A stretch of 64,000 nt of DNA from contig JAFLUL010000001.1 in the NCBI GenBank assembly GCA_022508845.1, positions 5,699 through 69,698 on the forward strand, written 5' to 3'. The translations under genes were made by a program, and so were the position numbers. The first letter of the stretch is position 1; every line of letters starts with the position of its first letter. The notes under the pieces are model-generated. The model saw only the letters and a program-made list of their open reading frames with translations. It had not been told where the DNA came from and did not search any database. Positions 18,956 to 28,139 of the stretch are shown piece by piece. The DNA comes from Oscillospiraceae bacterium (GTDB taxonomy: Bacteria > Bacillota > Clostridia > Oscillospirales > Acutalibacteraceae).

Positions 18956-21220
18956 ATGGAAACAAAATCAATGAATGAGCTCACCGAGGTTGCCGCGCGT
19001 ATAAAGGAAATGCGTGAGATAATGGGCTATTCAGAAGCAGAAATGGCAAAAAAGACGGAGGTGGACGCCGAGAGCTATATGCGCTTTGAACGCGGCAAAA
19101 CGGATATGCCGTTTACCTTTATCCACAAATGCGCCCTTGCCTTCGGCATAGGACTTACAGACCTCCTGGAGGGTCACACCGCGAAACTCAGATCATATAC
19201 AGTAACCCGCAAGAGCGAGGGAATGAACACCGCCCGAGAGGACGGCATCCTTATTCAGAATCTCGCCCCGAAATTCCGCGATAAAATAGCTCAGCCCTAC
19301 TGGGTAAAGTATGAATTCAGCGAAAAGCAGCAAAACGAACCCATACATCTCACCCGCCATGAGGGGCAGGAATTTGACCTTATTCTTTCCGGCTCACTTC
19401 TTGTTCAGGTCGGTGAAAACAAGGAACTGCTCCACGAGGGCGACATAATCTATTATAATTCTTCAACTCCCCACGGTATGATAGCCGTTGACGGAGCCGA
19501 CTGCGAATTCCTTGCGGTTGTTCTTCCCGGAGAATCCAAGCAGAACGACATAATTCTCAATAATGCAGCCTCGTCCCACGCCGAAAAGGGTCTGCTTATA
19601 GACGAATATGTAAAATGTGAAGAAACTCCCGAGGGCGCTCTTGAAAAGATAAGCTTTGTTAACACCGAAAAATATAATTTCGGGTTTGACACGGTTGACA
19701 GAATAGCCTCTGTTTATCCCGATAAGCTGGCAATGATCCATCTTGATGTAAACAAAACCGAGCGCCGCTTTACCTTTAACGATATTCGCCATGAGAGTAA
19801 CCGCACGGCAAACTATTTAAAGAGCCTCGGCATCAAAAAGGGCGATAAGGTAATGCTTGTTCTCAAGCGTCACTATCAGTTCTGGTTTGCTATGGTTGCC
19901 CTTCATAAGCTCGGAGCAATAGCCATCCCCGCAACCTATCAGCTCAAGGAACACGATTTTATTTACCGCTATGATTCCGCCGGCGTTTCGGCTATCCTCT
20001 GCACCGCCGACGGCGACGTTTCCGATATGGCTGAGAGCGCGGCGGAGAAATGCCCCAGCGTTAAAACAAAGATCCTTGTTGGAGGCAAAAAGGAAGGCTG
20101 GCACGATTTTGACAGCGAATACTCCATCTTTTCAAGTCATTTTGACCGTGAAGAGGACACTCCCGGCGGAGATGACAGCGCTCTTATGTTCTTCTCTTCG
20201 GGAACGACCGGCAACCCCAAAATGGTGGATCACAAGCACACCTATTCTCTCGGACATTTTGTTACCGCGCGCTACTGGCACTGCTGCGAGCCGGACGGCC
20301 TCCACTTCACCATCTCCGACACCGGCTGGGGCAAATCCCTCTGGGGCAAACTCTACGGTCAGTGGATGTGCGAGGGCGCGGTGTTTGTTTACGATTTTGA
20401 CCGCTTCTCTGCCGCCGATATTCTGCCGCTGTTTAAGAAATACGGCATAACAACCTTCTGTGCTCCTCCCACGATGCTCAGAATGATGATAAAAGAGGAT
20501 CTCAGCAAGTATGATTTTTCATCCGTTAAGCATATGACAACAGCGGGCGAGGCTCTCAATCCCGAGGTTGCAAAGCAGTTCCTTGCCGCCACCGGACTTG
20601 AGATAATGGAGGGCTTCGGCCAGACCGAAACAACCTTAACAATAGGCAATCTCACCGGCACAAAGGTAAAACTCGGCTCTATGGGCAAGGCAACGCCGCA
20701 GTATAAGGTGGATATAGTTGATCCCGACGGAAACTCCCTGCCAAACGGCGAAACGGGCGAGATAGTTGTCCATCTGGACGAGGGAATGCCTATGGGTCTG
20801 TTTAAGGAGTATTACCGCGACGCCGAAAAAACAAACGAGGCCATACACGACGGACTTTATCACACCGGCGATACAGCGTGGCGCGATGAGGACGGTTACT
20901 TCTGGTATGTCGGCAGGGTGGACGATATAATCAAGTCCTCCGGCTACCGCATAGGGCCGTTTGAAATAGAGAGCGTTATAATGGAGCTTCCCTATGTTCT
21001 CGAATGCGGCGTTTCAGCCGTTCCCGATGAAGTGAGAGGTCAGATAGTTAAGGCGAGCATCGTTTTAACGAAGGGAACCGAGGGCACCGAGGAGCTTAAA
21101 AAGGAAATTCAAAACTATGTAAAGAGCCACACCGCTCCGTATAAATACCCCAGAGTTGTTGTGTTCAGAGATTCTCTTCCCAAAACAATAAGCGGAAAAA
21201 TTCAAAGGAATAAGTTATAA
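18956..21220 (+). CDS. Fusion protein: XRE HTH + cupin + AMP-forming acyl-CoA synthetase (medium/short-chain type)
   Basis: ATG 18956 follows aaaggag. HTH region is EMREIMGYSEAEMAKKTEVDAESYMRFERGK. Cupin region is about aa 130-200. AMP-binding motifs seen: FFSSGTTGNPKM, YHTGD, GRVDDIIKSSGYRIGPFEIE, ISGKIQRNKL. Confidence 0.85.
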   Translation: METKSMNELTEVAARIKEMREIMGYSEAEMAKKTEVDAESYMRFERGKTDMPFTFIHKCALAFGIGLTDLLEGHTAKLRSYTVTRKSEGMNTAREDGILIQNLAPKFRDKIAQPYWVKYEFSEKQQNEPIHLTRHEGQEFDLILSGSLLVQVGENKELLHEGDIIYYNSSTPHGMIAVDGADCEFLAVVLPGESKQNDIILNNAASSHAEKGLLIDEYVKCEETPEGALEKISFVNTEKYNFGFDTVDRIASVYPDKLAMIHLDVNKTERRFTFNDIRHESNRTANYLKSLGIKKGDKVMLVLKRHYQFWFAMVALHKLGAIAIPATYQLKEHDFIYRYDSAGVSAILCTADGDVSDMAESAAEKCPSVKTKILVGGKKEGWHDFDSEYSIFSSHFDREEDTPGGDDSALMFFSSGTTGNPKMVDHKHTYSLGHFVTARYWHCCEPDGLHFTISDTGWGKSLWGKLYGQWMCEGAVFVYDFDRFSAADILPLFKKYGITTFCAPPTMLRMMIKEDLSKYDFSSVKHMTTAGEALNPEVAKQFLAATGLEIMEGFGQTETTLTIGNLTGTKVKLGSMGKATPQYKVDIVDPDGNSLPNGETGEIVVHLDEGMPMGLFKEYYRDAEKTNEAIHDGLYHTGDTAWRDEDGYFWYVGRVDDIIKSSGYRIGPFEIESVIMELPYVLECGVSAVPDEVRGQIVKASIVLTKGTEGTEELKKEIQNYVKSHTAPYKYPRVVVFRDSLPKTISGKIQRNKL

Positions 21221-21999
21221 TGAAGATAGCCTGTGTTCAAATGGATATGGCTTTTGATAAGCCGGATGAAAATTTTGCTTCCGCAAAAGAGCTTTTGAGA
21301 GAGGCAAACAGAGAAAAACCTGATGTTATTCTGCTGCCGGAAACCTGGAACGTGGGCTTTTTCCCAAAGGACACGTTAAGAGAACATTCTGATGATAACT
21401 GCCGGAGAGTTATTTCCGAGATAGGGGCTCTTGCGAAGGAGCTAAACGTCAATATAGTTGCCGGAAGCGTTGCAAATAATCGCGGCGGGGAGGTATATAA
21501 TACCTCCGTAACCTTTAACAGACAGGGAGAGGTAGTTAACGTTTACGATAAAACCCACCTGTTTTCCCCTATGGGAGAGCACGAATATTTCCAAAAGGGA
21601 AAAAATGTTTTAAGATTTACTCTTGACGGATTCTCCTGCGGTGTTATAATATGTTATGATATACGTTTTCCCGAACTGACGCGCAAAATGAGCGTTGAGG
21701 GACTGGATTTTCTGTTTGTTGTTTCGCAGTGGCCAAAGGTGAGAGTGCCTCAGCTGAAGGCTCTTTTAAGAGCGAGGGCTATTGAGAACCAGTGTTTTGC
21801 CGTTTGCTGCAATTCCTGCGGCAAAGCCGGCAGCACCGTCTACGGCGGTAATTCTATGATCTTTGACCCGTTGGGCGAACTGCTTTGCGAAGCCGGTGAC
21901 AGCCAGCAGATAATTTTTGCCGAATGCGAAACCGGAAATCTTTCGCAGATAAGAAACACCATAAACGTGTTCAGCGACAGAAGACCGGAGCTGTATTAA
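21220..21999 (+). CDS. Carbon-nitrogen hydrolase family protein (nitrilase / omega-amidase-like)
   Basis: ATG overlaps the preceding stop. LLPETWN (Glu), a Lys region, and ICYDIRFPE (catalytic Cys). Confidence 0.8.
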   Translation: MKIACVQMDMAFDKPDENFASAKELLREANREKPDVILLPETWNVGFFPKDTLREHSDDNCRRVISEIGALAKELNVNIVAGSVANNRGGEVYNTSVTFNRQGEVVNVYDKTHLFSPMGEHEYFQKGKNVLRFTLDGFSCGVIICYDIRFPELTRKMSVEGLDFLFVVSQWPKVRVPQLKALLRARAIENQCFAVCCNSCGKAGSTVYGGNSMIFDPLGELLCEAGDSQQIIFAECETGNLSQIRNTINVFSDRRPELY

Positions 22000-22125
22000 G
22001 AGTTAAGTTATTAAAGTTAAGAGTTTAGATAAGGAACCTGCGGTTGCATTATAAATATAAATCCAAAAATCGCTTGCGATTTTTCCGAAACTAAACTCTA
22101 AAATCTTAACATTAAAATTATAAGT
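22000..22125. repeat. Long hairpin element, second arm type (GAGTTAAG/TTTAGAG arms), core at 22065-22090
   Basis: The core AAAAATCGCTTGCGATTTTTCCGAAA differs from the 749 copy at two positions (TTTTT vs TTCCC before CGAAA). Arms gagttaagttattaaagttaagagtttagat and aaactaaactctaaaatcttaac are inverted. Confidence 0.7.
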
Positions 22126-22140
22126 TTAGGAGAAATTAAA

Positions 22141-23235
22141 ATGGATTATAATTTTCCCGTAACAAGAACTTCTCATCCCAAGCCCCGTCCTGAGGACGAG
22201 ACCAAGCTCGGTTTTGCCCGTTTTTTCACCGATCATATGTTTTGTATGGATTGGGACGAGGGGCTGGGCTGGCATGACGGCAGAGTTGTTCCCCACGAGC
22301 CTATTGCTATTGAACCCGCCTCCTGCGTTCTGCACTATGCGCAGATGATGTTTGAGGGTATGAAGGCTTACCGCACTCCCTCGGGTGATATTCAGCTTTT
22401 CCGCCCCGATATGAACGCGAAGCGTATGGCTCGCACCAACGAGCGTATGTGCATACCTGAGCTTCCCGAGGAAATACTTATAGAGGGTGTTAAGGCTGTT
22501 ATCAGAGAGGATATGGATTGGGTGCCGAAGGCTCCCGGAACTGCTCTCTATATTCGTCCGTTTATTTTCGGCGATGAGGTCTCTTTCTCCGTTCTTCCCG
22601 CAAAGCATTATCGCTTTATGATAATCTTAAGCCCCACCGGCTCCTATTACGCGGCAAATGACGGCGGAATCACCACAACACGAATTTACGTTCAGAAAAA
22701 ATATATCAGAGCCGCTAAGGGCGGAACCGGCTATGCCAAGGTGGGCGGAAACTACGGCGGCGGTATGCGTGCTTCTCAGGACGCTATGAAGTATAACTGC
22801 AAAGACGTTCTCTGGCTTGACGCTGCCGAGCATAAATATGTTGAAGAAATAGGCACCTCGAACGCCTTCTTCCGTATAAACGATGAGGTAATAACCGCTC
22901 CGCTTGACAGCGAGACCATTCTTCCGGGAATAACAAGAGACAGCGTTATTCAGCTTCTCAAATATTGGGGCGTTAAGGTCAGCGAGAGAAAGCTTTCAAT
23001 TGACGAGATATTCGAAGCCGAGAAAAACGGCACTCTTCAGGAAATATTCGCCAGCGGCACGGCGGCTGTTATATCTCCCATCGGCTGGCTCAACTGCGAG
23101 GGTGAGGAGCATCAGGTTGCCGACGGTAAGGTAGGCCCCATAGCTCAGAAGCTTTATGACACTCTCTACGGCATCCAGACCGGCACGGTTGAGGACTTTA
23201 TGGGGTGGACTTATCCGCTTGGACTTAAAATATAA
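22141..23235 (+). CDS. ilvE: Branched-chain amino acid aminotransferase
   Basis: FTDHMF, VLHYAQMMFEGMKAYR, YIRPFIFG and GGTGYAKVGGNYG are typical of class IV BCAT. Confidence 0.9.
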   Translation: MDYNFPVTRTSHPKPRPEDETKLGFARFFTDHMFCMDWDEGLGWHDGRVVPHEPIAIEPASCVLHYAQMMFEGMKAYRTPSGDIQLFRPDMNAKRMARTNERMCIPELPEEILIEGVKAVIREDMDWVPKAPGTALYIRPFIFGDEVSFSVLPAKHYRFMIILSPTGSYYAANDGGITTTRIYVQKKYIRAAKGGTGYAKVGGNYGGGMRASQDAMKYNCKDVLWLDAAEHKYVEEIGTSNAFFRINDEVITAPLDSETILPGITRDSVIQLLKYWGVKVSERKLSIDEIFEAEKNGTLQEIFASGTAAVISPIGWLNCEGEEHQVADGKVGPIAQKLYDTLYGIQTGTVEDFMGWTYPLGLKI

Positions 23236-23269
23236 ATCCGGATCAAGTTTTTATCTTTTTATCGAAAAA

Positions 23270-23938
23270 ATGTATTCTCCAACTTCTTTTCCCCGCATAA
23301 CTCTTTTTTGCGGGCACTACGGCAGCGGAAAAACAAATCTTGCGGTAAATTATGCCCTTTTCCTAAAAGAAAAGGGCTTAGATGTATCACTTGCCGATAT
23401 TGATATTGTAAACCCGTATTTTCGTTCTAAGGACAGCGAGAAGGAGCTTAAAGAAAATGGTATAAACGTTGTTTCTCTCCCGTTTGCCAATTCGAGCGTT
23501 GATCTGCCGAGCCTCCCGAGCGAGGTTTACGGACTTGTGCAGCGAAGAGATATTTATGCTGTTCTCGATATCGGGGGCGATGAGAGGGGAGCGCTTGCCT
23601 TAGGACGTTTTGCGCCGTATATAGCGGAAGAAAACAACTATGATATGTTTTTTGTTGTAAATTTTTTCCGCCCCCTTACTCCCGACGCCGAAAGCGCATA
23701 TGAAGTAATGCGCGAAATTGAAGGAGCCTGTCCGCTGAAGTTTACAGGAATAATAAATAATTCCAATTTGGGAGAACTTACATCTCCCAAGGATATTGAA
23801 AAATCGCATAAAAAAGCGATGGAGCTTGGGGATATCTCGGGTGTTCCTGTTAAATTTACCTCCGTAAACGAAACGCTGAAAAACACAGTGAGCGGGGAGA
23901 ATATATTTTATATGAAATTACAAAAAAAATTATTTTAA
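23270..23938 (+). CDS. P-loop NTPase (MinD/ParA/CooC-like)
   Basis: ATG 23270 is in frame with track ORF 23156..23938. Walker A is GHYGSGKTN. Confidence 0.65.
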   Translation: MYSPTSFPRITLFCGHYGSGKTNLAVNYALFLKEKGLDVSLADIDIVNPYFRSKDSEKELKENGINVVSLPFANSSVDLPSLPSEVYGLVQRRDIYAVLDIGGDERGALALGRFAPYIAEENNYDMFFVVNFFRPLTPDAESAYEVMREIEGACPLKFTGIINNSNLGELTSPKDIEKSHKKAMELGDISGVPVKFTSVNETLKNTVSGENIFYMKLQKKLF

Positions 23939-23965
23939 TTCCGAATTTCGAATTCCGAATTGATA
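23938..23965. repeat. Solo TTCCGAAT-type arm
   Basis: aattccgaatttcgaattccgaatt nearly duplicates 13020-13042. Confidence 0.6.
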
Positions 23966-23981
23966 TGAACGGAGTGATTCT

Positions 23982-24188
23982 ATGCCAAAGGTTACGTTTA
24001 ACACCGATATCTGCAAGGGCTGCGGGCTGTGCGTTGAGGCCTGCCCGAAAAAGATAATCGTTATAGCCTCGGATAAAATAAACAAAAAGGGGCATTATCC
24101 CGCCGAAATGACCGAGCAGGAAAAGTGCATTGCATGCGCTTTCTGCGCAACAATGTGTCCTGACTGTGTTATTACGGTTGAAAAGTGA
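23982..24188 (+). CDS. 2-oxoacid:ferredoxin oxidoreductase delta subunit (2x[4Fe-4S] ferredoxin)
   Basis: Two CxxCxxCxxxCP motifs: CKGCGLCVEACP and CIACAFCATMCP. Confidence 0.85.
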   Translation: MPKVTFNTDICKGCGLCVEACPKKIIVIASDKINKKGHYPAEMTEQEKCIACAFCATMCPDCVITVEK

Positions 24189-24198
24189 GGTGCCGAAA

Positions 24199-25257
24199 AT
24201 GAGTGAAAAAGTTTTGATGAAGGGCAACGAAGCCATTGCCGAAGCCGCCATAAGAGCGGGCTGCAGGCATTATTTCGGCTATCCCATAACTCCCCAAACG
24301 GAGCTTGCCGCTTATATGTCAAAAAGAATGCCCAAAATAGGCGGAGTTTTTCTTCAGGCGGAAAGCGAAATTTCAGCAATCAATATGGTTTACGGCGTTG
24401 CCGGAAGCGGCAAGCGCGTTATGACCTCCTCCTCCTCTCCCGGAATTTCTCTTAAGCAGGAGGGCATTTCCTACATAGCAGGCGCCGATCTTCCCGCGCT
24501 CATCGTAAATGTTCAGAGAGGCGGCCCGGGCCTCGGAGGAATTCAGCCCAGCCAGTCCGATTATTTTCAGGCAACCAAGGGCGGCGGCCACGGCGACTAT
24601 CATCTTATTGTCCTTACCCCCGCTTCGGTTCAGGAGATGGCGGATCTAACTCTTCTTGCATTTGATCTCGCCGATAAATACCGCGTTCCCGCAATGCTTC
24701 TTGCCGACGGAACAACGGGGCAGATGATGGAGCCTGTTTCTCTTCCCGAGGAAAAGGAAGTTTCGGTTGAAAAGCCGTGGGCTGTAACCGGAACCAAAAT
24801 GCAGAGAAAGCATAATATAATAAATTCGCTCTATCTTCAGCCGGACGAGCTTGAAAAGATAAATTTTGAGCGTTATGAGCGTTATAGGCTTATTGAAGAA
24901 AACGAAGTTCGCTATGAGAGCTATCTCACAGAGGACGCTGATATAGTTGTTGTTGCCTTCGGTATAGCGGCAAGAGTTTCAAAAAATGCCGTCAATGAGG
25001 CGAGAAAACAGGGTATAAAGGTTGGGCTTATCCGCCCGATCACCATATGGCCCTTCCCCAAGAAGGTTCTCTCTGAGCTTAGCAAGACCGCAAAGGGCTT
25101 TATAAGCGTTGAGCTTTCAATGGGTCAGATGATAGAGGATATAAAGCTCGCAATAAACTGCTCGCGCCCCGTTATGCTCTGCAACCGCGCCGGCGGTATG
25201 ATACCAAGCCCCGATGAGGTGCTTAATTCCATTAAAAAAATGCAGGAGGGTATATGA
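24199..25257 (+). CDS. 2-oxoacid:ferredoxin oxidoreductase alpha subunit
   Basis: ATG 24199 (MSEKVLMKGNEAIAEAAIRAGCRHYFGYPITPQTE), the canonical OFOR alpha N-terminus. Confidence 0.85.
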   Translation: MSEKVLMKGNEAIAEAAIRAGCRHYFGYPITPQTELAAYMSKRMPKIGGVFLQAESEISAINMVYGVAGSGKRVMTSSSSPGISLKQEGISYIAGADLPALIVNVQRGGPGLGGIQPSQSDYFQATKGGGHGDYHLIVLTPASVQEMADLTLLAFDLADKYRVPAMLLADGTTGQMMEPVSLPEEKEVSVEKPWAVTGTKMQRKHNIINSLYLQPDELEKINFERYERYRLIEENEVRYESYLTEDADIVVVAFGIAARVSKNAVNEARKQGIKVGLIRPITIWPFPKKVLSELSKTAKGFISVELSMGQMIEDIKLAINCSRPVMLCNRAGGMIPSPDEVLNSIKKMQEGI

Positions 25258-26012
25258 GTATGGTAGTTTTTGAAAAGCCGAAGAGCCTCACCAACGCCGA
25301 ATTTCACTATTGCCCGGGCTGCACCCACGGCATTATTCACCGCCTTGTGGCAGAGGCTATCGATGAACTTGGAATAGAGGGCAGAACCGTAGGTATTGCG
25401 CCGGTTGGCTGCGCTGTTATGGCGTATAACTATTTTTCCTGCGATATGGTGGAGGCGGCTCACGGAAGAGCGCCCGCCGTTGCAACCGGACTTAAGCGCT
25501 CTATGCCCGAAAACATAATCTTCACCTATCAGGGCGACGGCGACCTTGCTTCCATAGGTATGGCCGAAACGGTTCACGCCGCAACCAGAAACGAGAATAT
25601 AACAATAATATTTGTTAACAACGCAATTTACGGTATGACAGGCGGTCAGATGGCTCCCACCTCTCTCCCCGGACAGGTAACGCAGACCTCTCCCTACGGC
25701 AGAGACGTAAAAACGGCAGGTTACCCGATAAAGGTTTCAGAGCTGCTTGCTTCTCTTGACGGTCCCGAATTTATAGCCCGCGTTGCTGTAAACAATGTTA
25801 AAAATGTTAAAGCCGCCGGAAAGGCAATTAAAAAGGCCTTTCAGAACCAAATAGACGGCAAAGGATTCTCTCTTGTTGAGGTCGTTTCCTCCTGTCCGAC
25901 AAACTGGGGTATGACCCCCGGGAAGGCTCTGCAGTGGGTGGACGAAAAAATGATACCCTATTATCCCTTGGGAGTTTATAAAGACAAAAGCGCACAGGAG
26001 GTTTCTCAATGA
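25254..26012 (+). CDS. 2-oxoacid:ferredoxin oxidoreductase beta subunit (TPP-binding)
   Basis: CPGCTHG and the TPP motif GDGD...NN.IYGMTGGQ. Confidence 0.85.
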   Translation: MSMVVFEKPKSLTNAEFHYCPGCTHGIIHRLVAEAIDELGIEGRTVGIAPVGCAVMAYNYFSCDMVEAAHGRAPAVATGLKRSMPENIIFTYQGDGDLASIGMAETVHAATRNENITIIFVNNAIYGMTGGQMAPTSLPGQVTQTSPYGRDVKTAGYPIKVSELLASLDGPEFIARVAVNNVKNVKAAGKAIKKAFQNQIDGKGFSLVEVVSSCPTNWGMTPGKALQWVDEKMIPYYPLGVYKDKSAQEVSQ

Positions 26013-26545
26013 CAACGGAGATTTTAATTGCCGGCTTCGGAGGGCAGGGCGTTCTTTTTGCCGGAAAATTCCTTGCTTATAAGGGTCTTATTGAAAACCG
26101 TCAGGTAAGCTGGCTGCCGTCCTATGGTCCCGAAATGCGCGGAGGTACAGCAAACTGCTCGGTTATATTAAGCGATGAGAGCGTTGGCTCTCCCATAGTT
26201 TCAAAGCCGAATATCCTTATGGCGATGAACCTGCCCTCGCTCGATAAATATGAAAACGATGTTCTCCCCGGCGGGATGATATTTGTTGATTCAACCTTAA
26301 TAGAGCGAAAAGTCAACCGCACGGACGTCAGTGTGTTTTATATCCCCTCAACCGCCCTTGCCGCCGAGATAGGCGCACCAACGCTTGCCAATATGGTTAT
26401 GACAGGCAAGGTTATAAAGGAATGCGACGGTATTTCAGATGAAAACCTCGAAGCTGCGCTCGCAAAGGTGGTTTCCGCCCGCCACGCGGATCTAAAGGAC
26501 ATAAACCTCAAAGCCCTTCAAACGGGGATGGAATACGCGGGATAA
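26009..26545 (+). CDS. 2-oxoacid:ferredoxin oxidoreductase gamma subunit
   Basis: GFGGQGVLFAGK...SYGPEMRGGTANC. Confidence 0.85.
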   Translation: MTTEILIAGFGGQGVLFAGKFLAYKGLIENRQVSWLPSYGPEMRGGTANCSVILSDESVGSPIVSKPNILMAMNLPSLDKYENDVLPGGMIFVDSTLIERKVNRTDVSVFYIPSTALAAEIGAPTLANMVMTGKVIKECDGISDENLEAALAKVVSARHADLKDINLKALQTGMEYAG

Positions 26546-26640
26546 TTTTTAGGAGAGTTCTTCCGATAACTGTTTTAGAGATTAGTTTTCGGAAAGTTCG
26601 CAGGCGATTTTTGATTATATCGCTTGATTTCCTGTTATCC
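26546..26640. repeat. Hairpin-element copy with the core in inverted orientation (26587-26616) plus a partial forward core
   Basis: The reverse complement aatcaaaaatcgcctgcgaactttccgaaaactaatctctaaaac matches the core and arm of the 22065 copy. Confidence 0.6.
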
Positions 26641-27224
26641 TTACAAAATAAGAACTAAAGTTATGATACCAAAAGTATTTCAACTTTGGTTCTTTTTTAT
26701 GTCCGAAAACCCCTTTAACACGGGGATTTTCGGCTTCCCTGCATAAAAGATTAGTTTCGTTGTGCGGCTGCGATACATTTGAAAGGGGGTTGTGCCGCGG
26801 CGGAAACATTCCTTTCCTATACAACAATCCCACACTGAAATTTATCTTTGAAAATAATTTCAGCGTGGGGATATTCGTTTTATTGTTCCGAGAAATGATT
26901 CATTGCGAAAAAAGAATAGTTTCAACGTGAAAAACGGCTCGTGCTATTGGAAACGGTAACAGTATAAAAGGATACGGAAAAACTTTTCTGTTTAATGATG
27001 GAACAAACATTGAGGTTGTAGTTCAGTGAACCCCTGATTTTTTGTATAGGTTGATATTTATATATTTCTGTGTTATGATTTGTTTGATTGATGAATCTGT
27101 AAAAAATAAAAATTGAATAGAAAAACCGTAATGATCTTATATTTATGATTCTTGAAGCAAAAATAACCTCGGCAGTATCGCGGCTTAAAAGACTTAAAAT
27201 ATTTTTAAGTAAGGAGGTTTAAAT

Positions 27225-28139
27225 ATGAATGTACAGTTAGAAACGATCGTTTTTGAAAAACAAAATAATACAGCAGAAAGATTTGATCGTATTGGCGGCG
27301 GATTTTATGCTGACGTATATAAATTTGATTACAAAAACTCTGACCCGGTGGTTGTTAAAGTTTACAAGTCTAAAGGACTAATGGAAAAAGAGATTTCGCA
27401 GATACAAATTCTTTCAAAATACGCTTTATTTCCTATGCCGCAAGTAATCTGGACTCATAATGCTGATGACGTTTTTGCTTATGACATTCTGGCAATGAAC
27501 TGTCTTTCCGGAGAAAACGGCGGCAGCGTTTTTTATTTAAATCCGTCAAAAAGAGCAAAGTTGGCTGAACAGGTAGTTGATAATCTTATTGCTTTTCATA
27601 ATGAACATAATCCAAACGGATTCGGTGAGATCAATAGTGATAAGTACTACAAAACTTTTAACGAATATTACATAAAAAGAACAGTTGATATTTTTAATAT
27701 GGCAAAGAAACTTAACGAAAACGGACAAATTTCGGATTATGTTTTAGCTGTTGTTAGTACAGCTGTTAAAAATTTTGATAAAATATTCTATCTGCCAATC
27801 ACGGAATCTTCGCTTATACATGGCGACTATAATATGTGGAACATTATGATAGATAAAAAGAATTGCAAAGTTACGGCTGTTATTGACCCGTGCGGTTGCA
27901 TGTGGGCAGATAGAGAATTTGATTTGTATCAGCTTAACAATGCAAACGGAAAGCACTTGAAACTATTTGAAACATACGCAAAAAAGAAAAGCCTTTCTGA
28001 AAACTATCGTCAAAAAATGGCTTTTTATCATTTGTTTACTGAAATAGAGCATTATTATAATTCCGGATATCCGGTTAAGCAAGAGCAGGTTAAGAAACAA
28101 GCGGACAGATTAAAATCATTTTTGAAGGCTCAAGCATAA
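27225..28139 (+). CDS. Phosphotransferase of the APH / choline-kinase fold
   Basis: Strong RBS aaggagg. Catalytic loop HGDYNMWNIM and DP.G motif. AT-rich relative to neighbouring genes. Confidence 0.7.
   Translation: MNVQLETIVFEKQNNTAERFDRIGGGFYADVYKFDYKNSDPVVVKVYKSKGLMEKEISQIQILSKYALFPMPQVIWTHNADDVFAYDILAMNCLSGENGGSVFYLNPSKRAKLAEQVVDNLIAFHNEHNPNGFGEINSDKYYKTFNEYYIKRTVDIFNMAKKLNENGQISDYVLAVVSTAVKNFDKIFYLPITESSLIHGDYNMWNIMIDKKNCKVTAVIDPCGCMWADREFDLYQLNNANGKHLKLFETYAKKKSLSENYRQKMAFYHLFTEIEHYYNSGYPVKQEQVKKQADRLKSFLKAQA

Noticed and set aside
22126-22608. 160-aa minus-strand ORF.
   Set aside because: It is antisense to ilvE, which has canonical BCAT motifs.
26615-26833. 72-aa minus-strand ORF. 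The ORF at 28256..28519 is the same kind of case.
   Set aside because: They lie in intergenic, hairpin-rich sequence, have no RBS, and give implausible translations.
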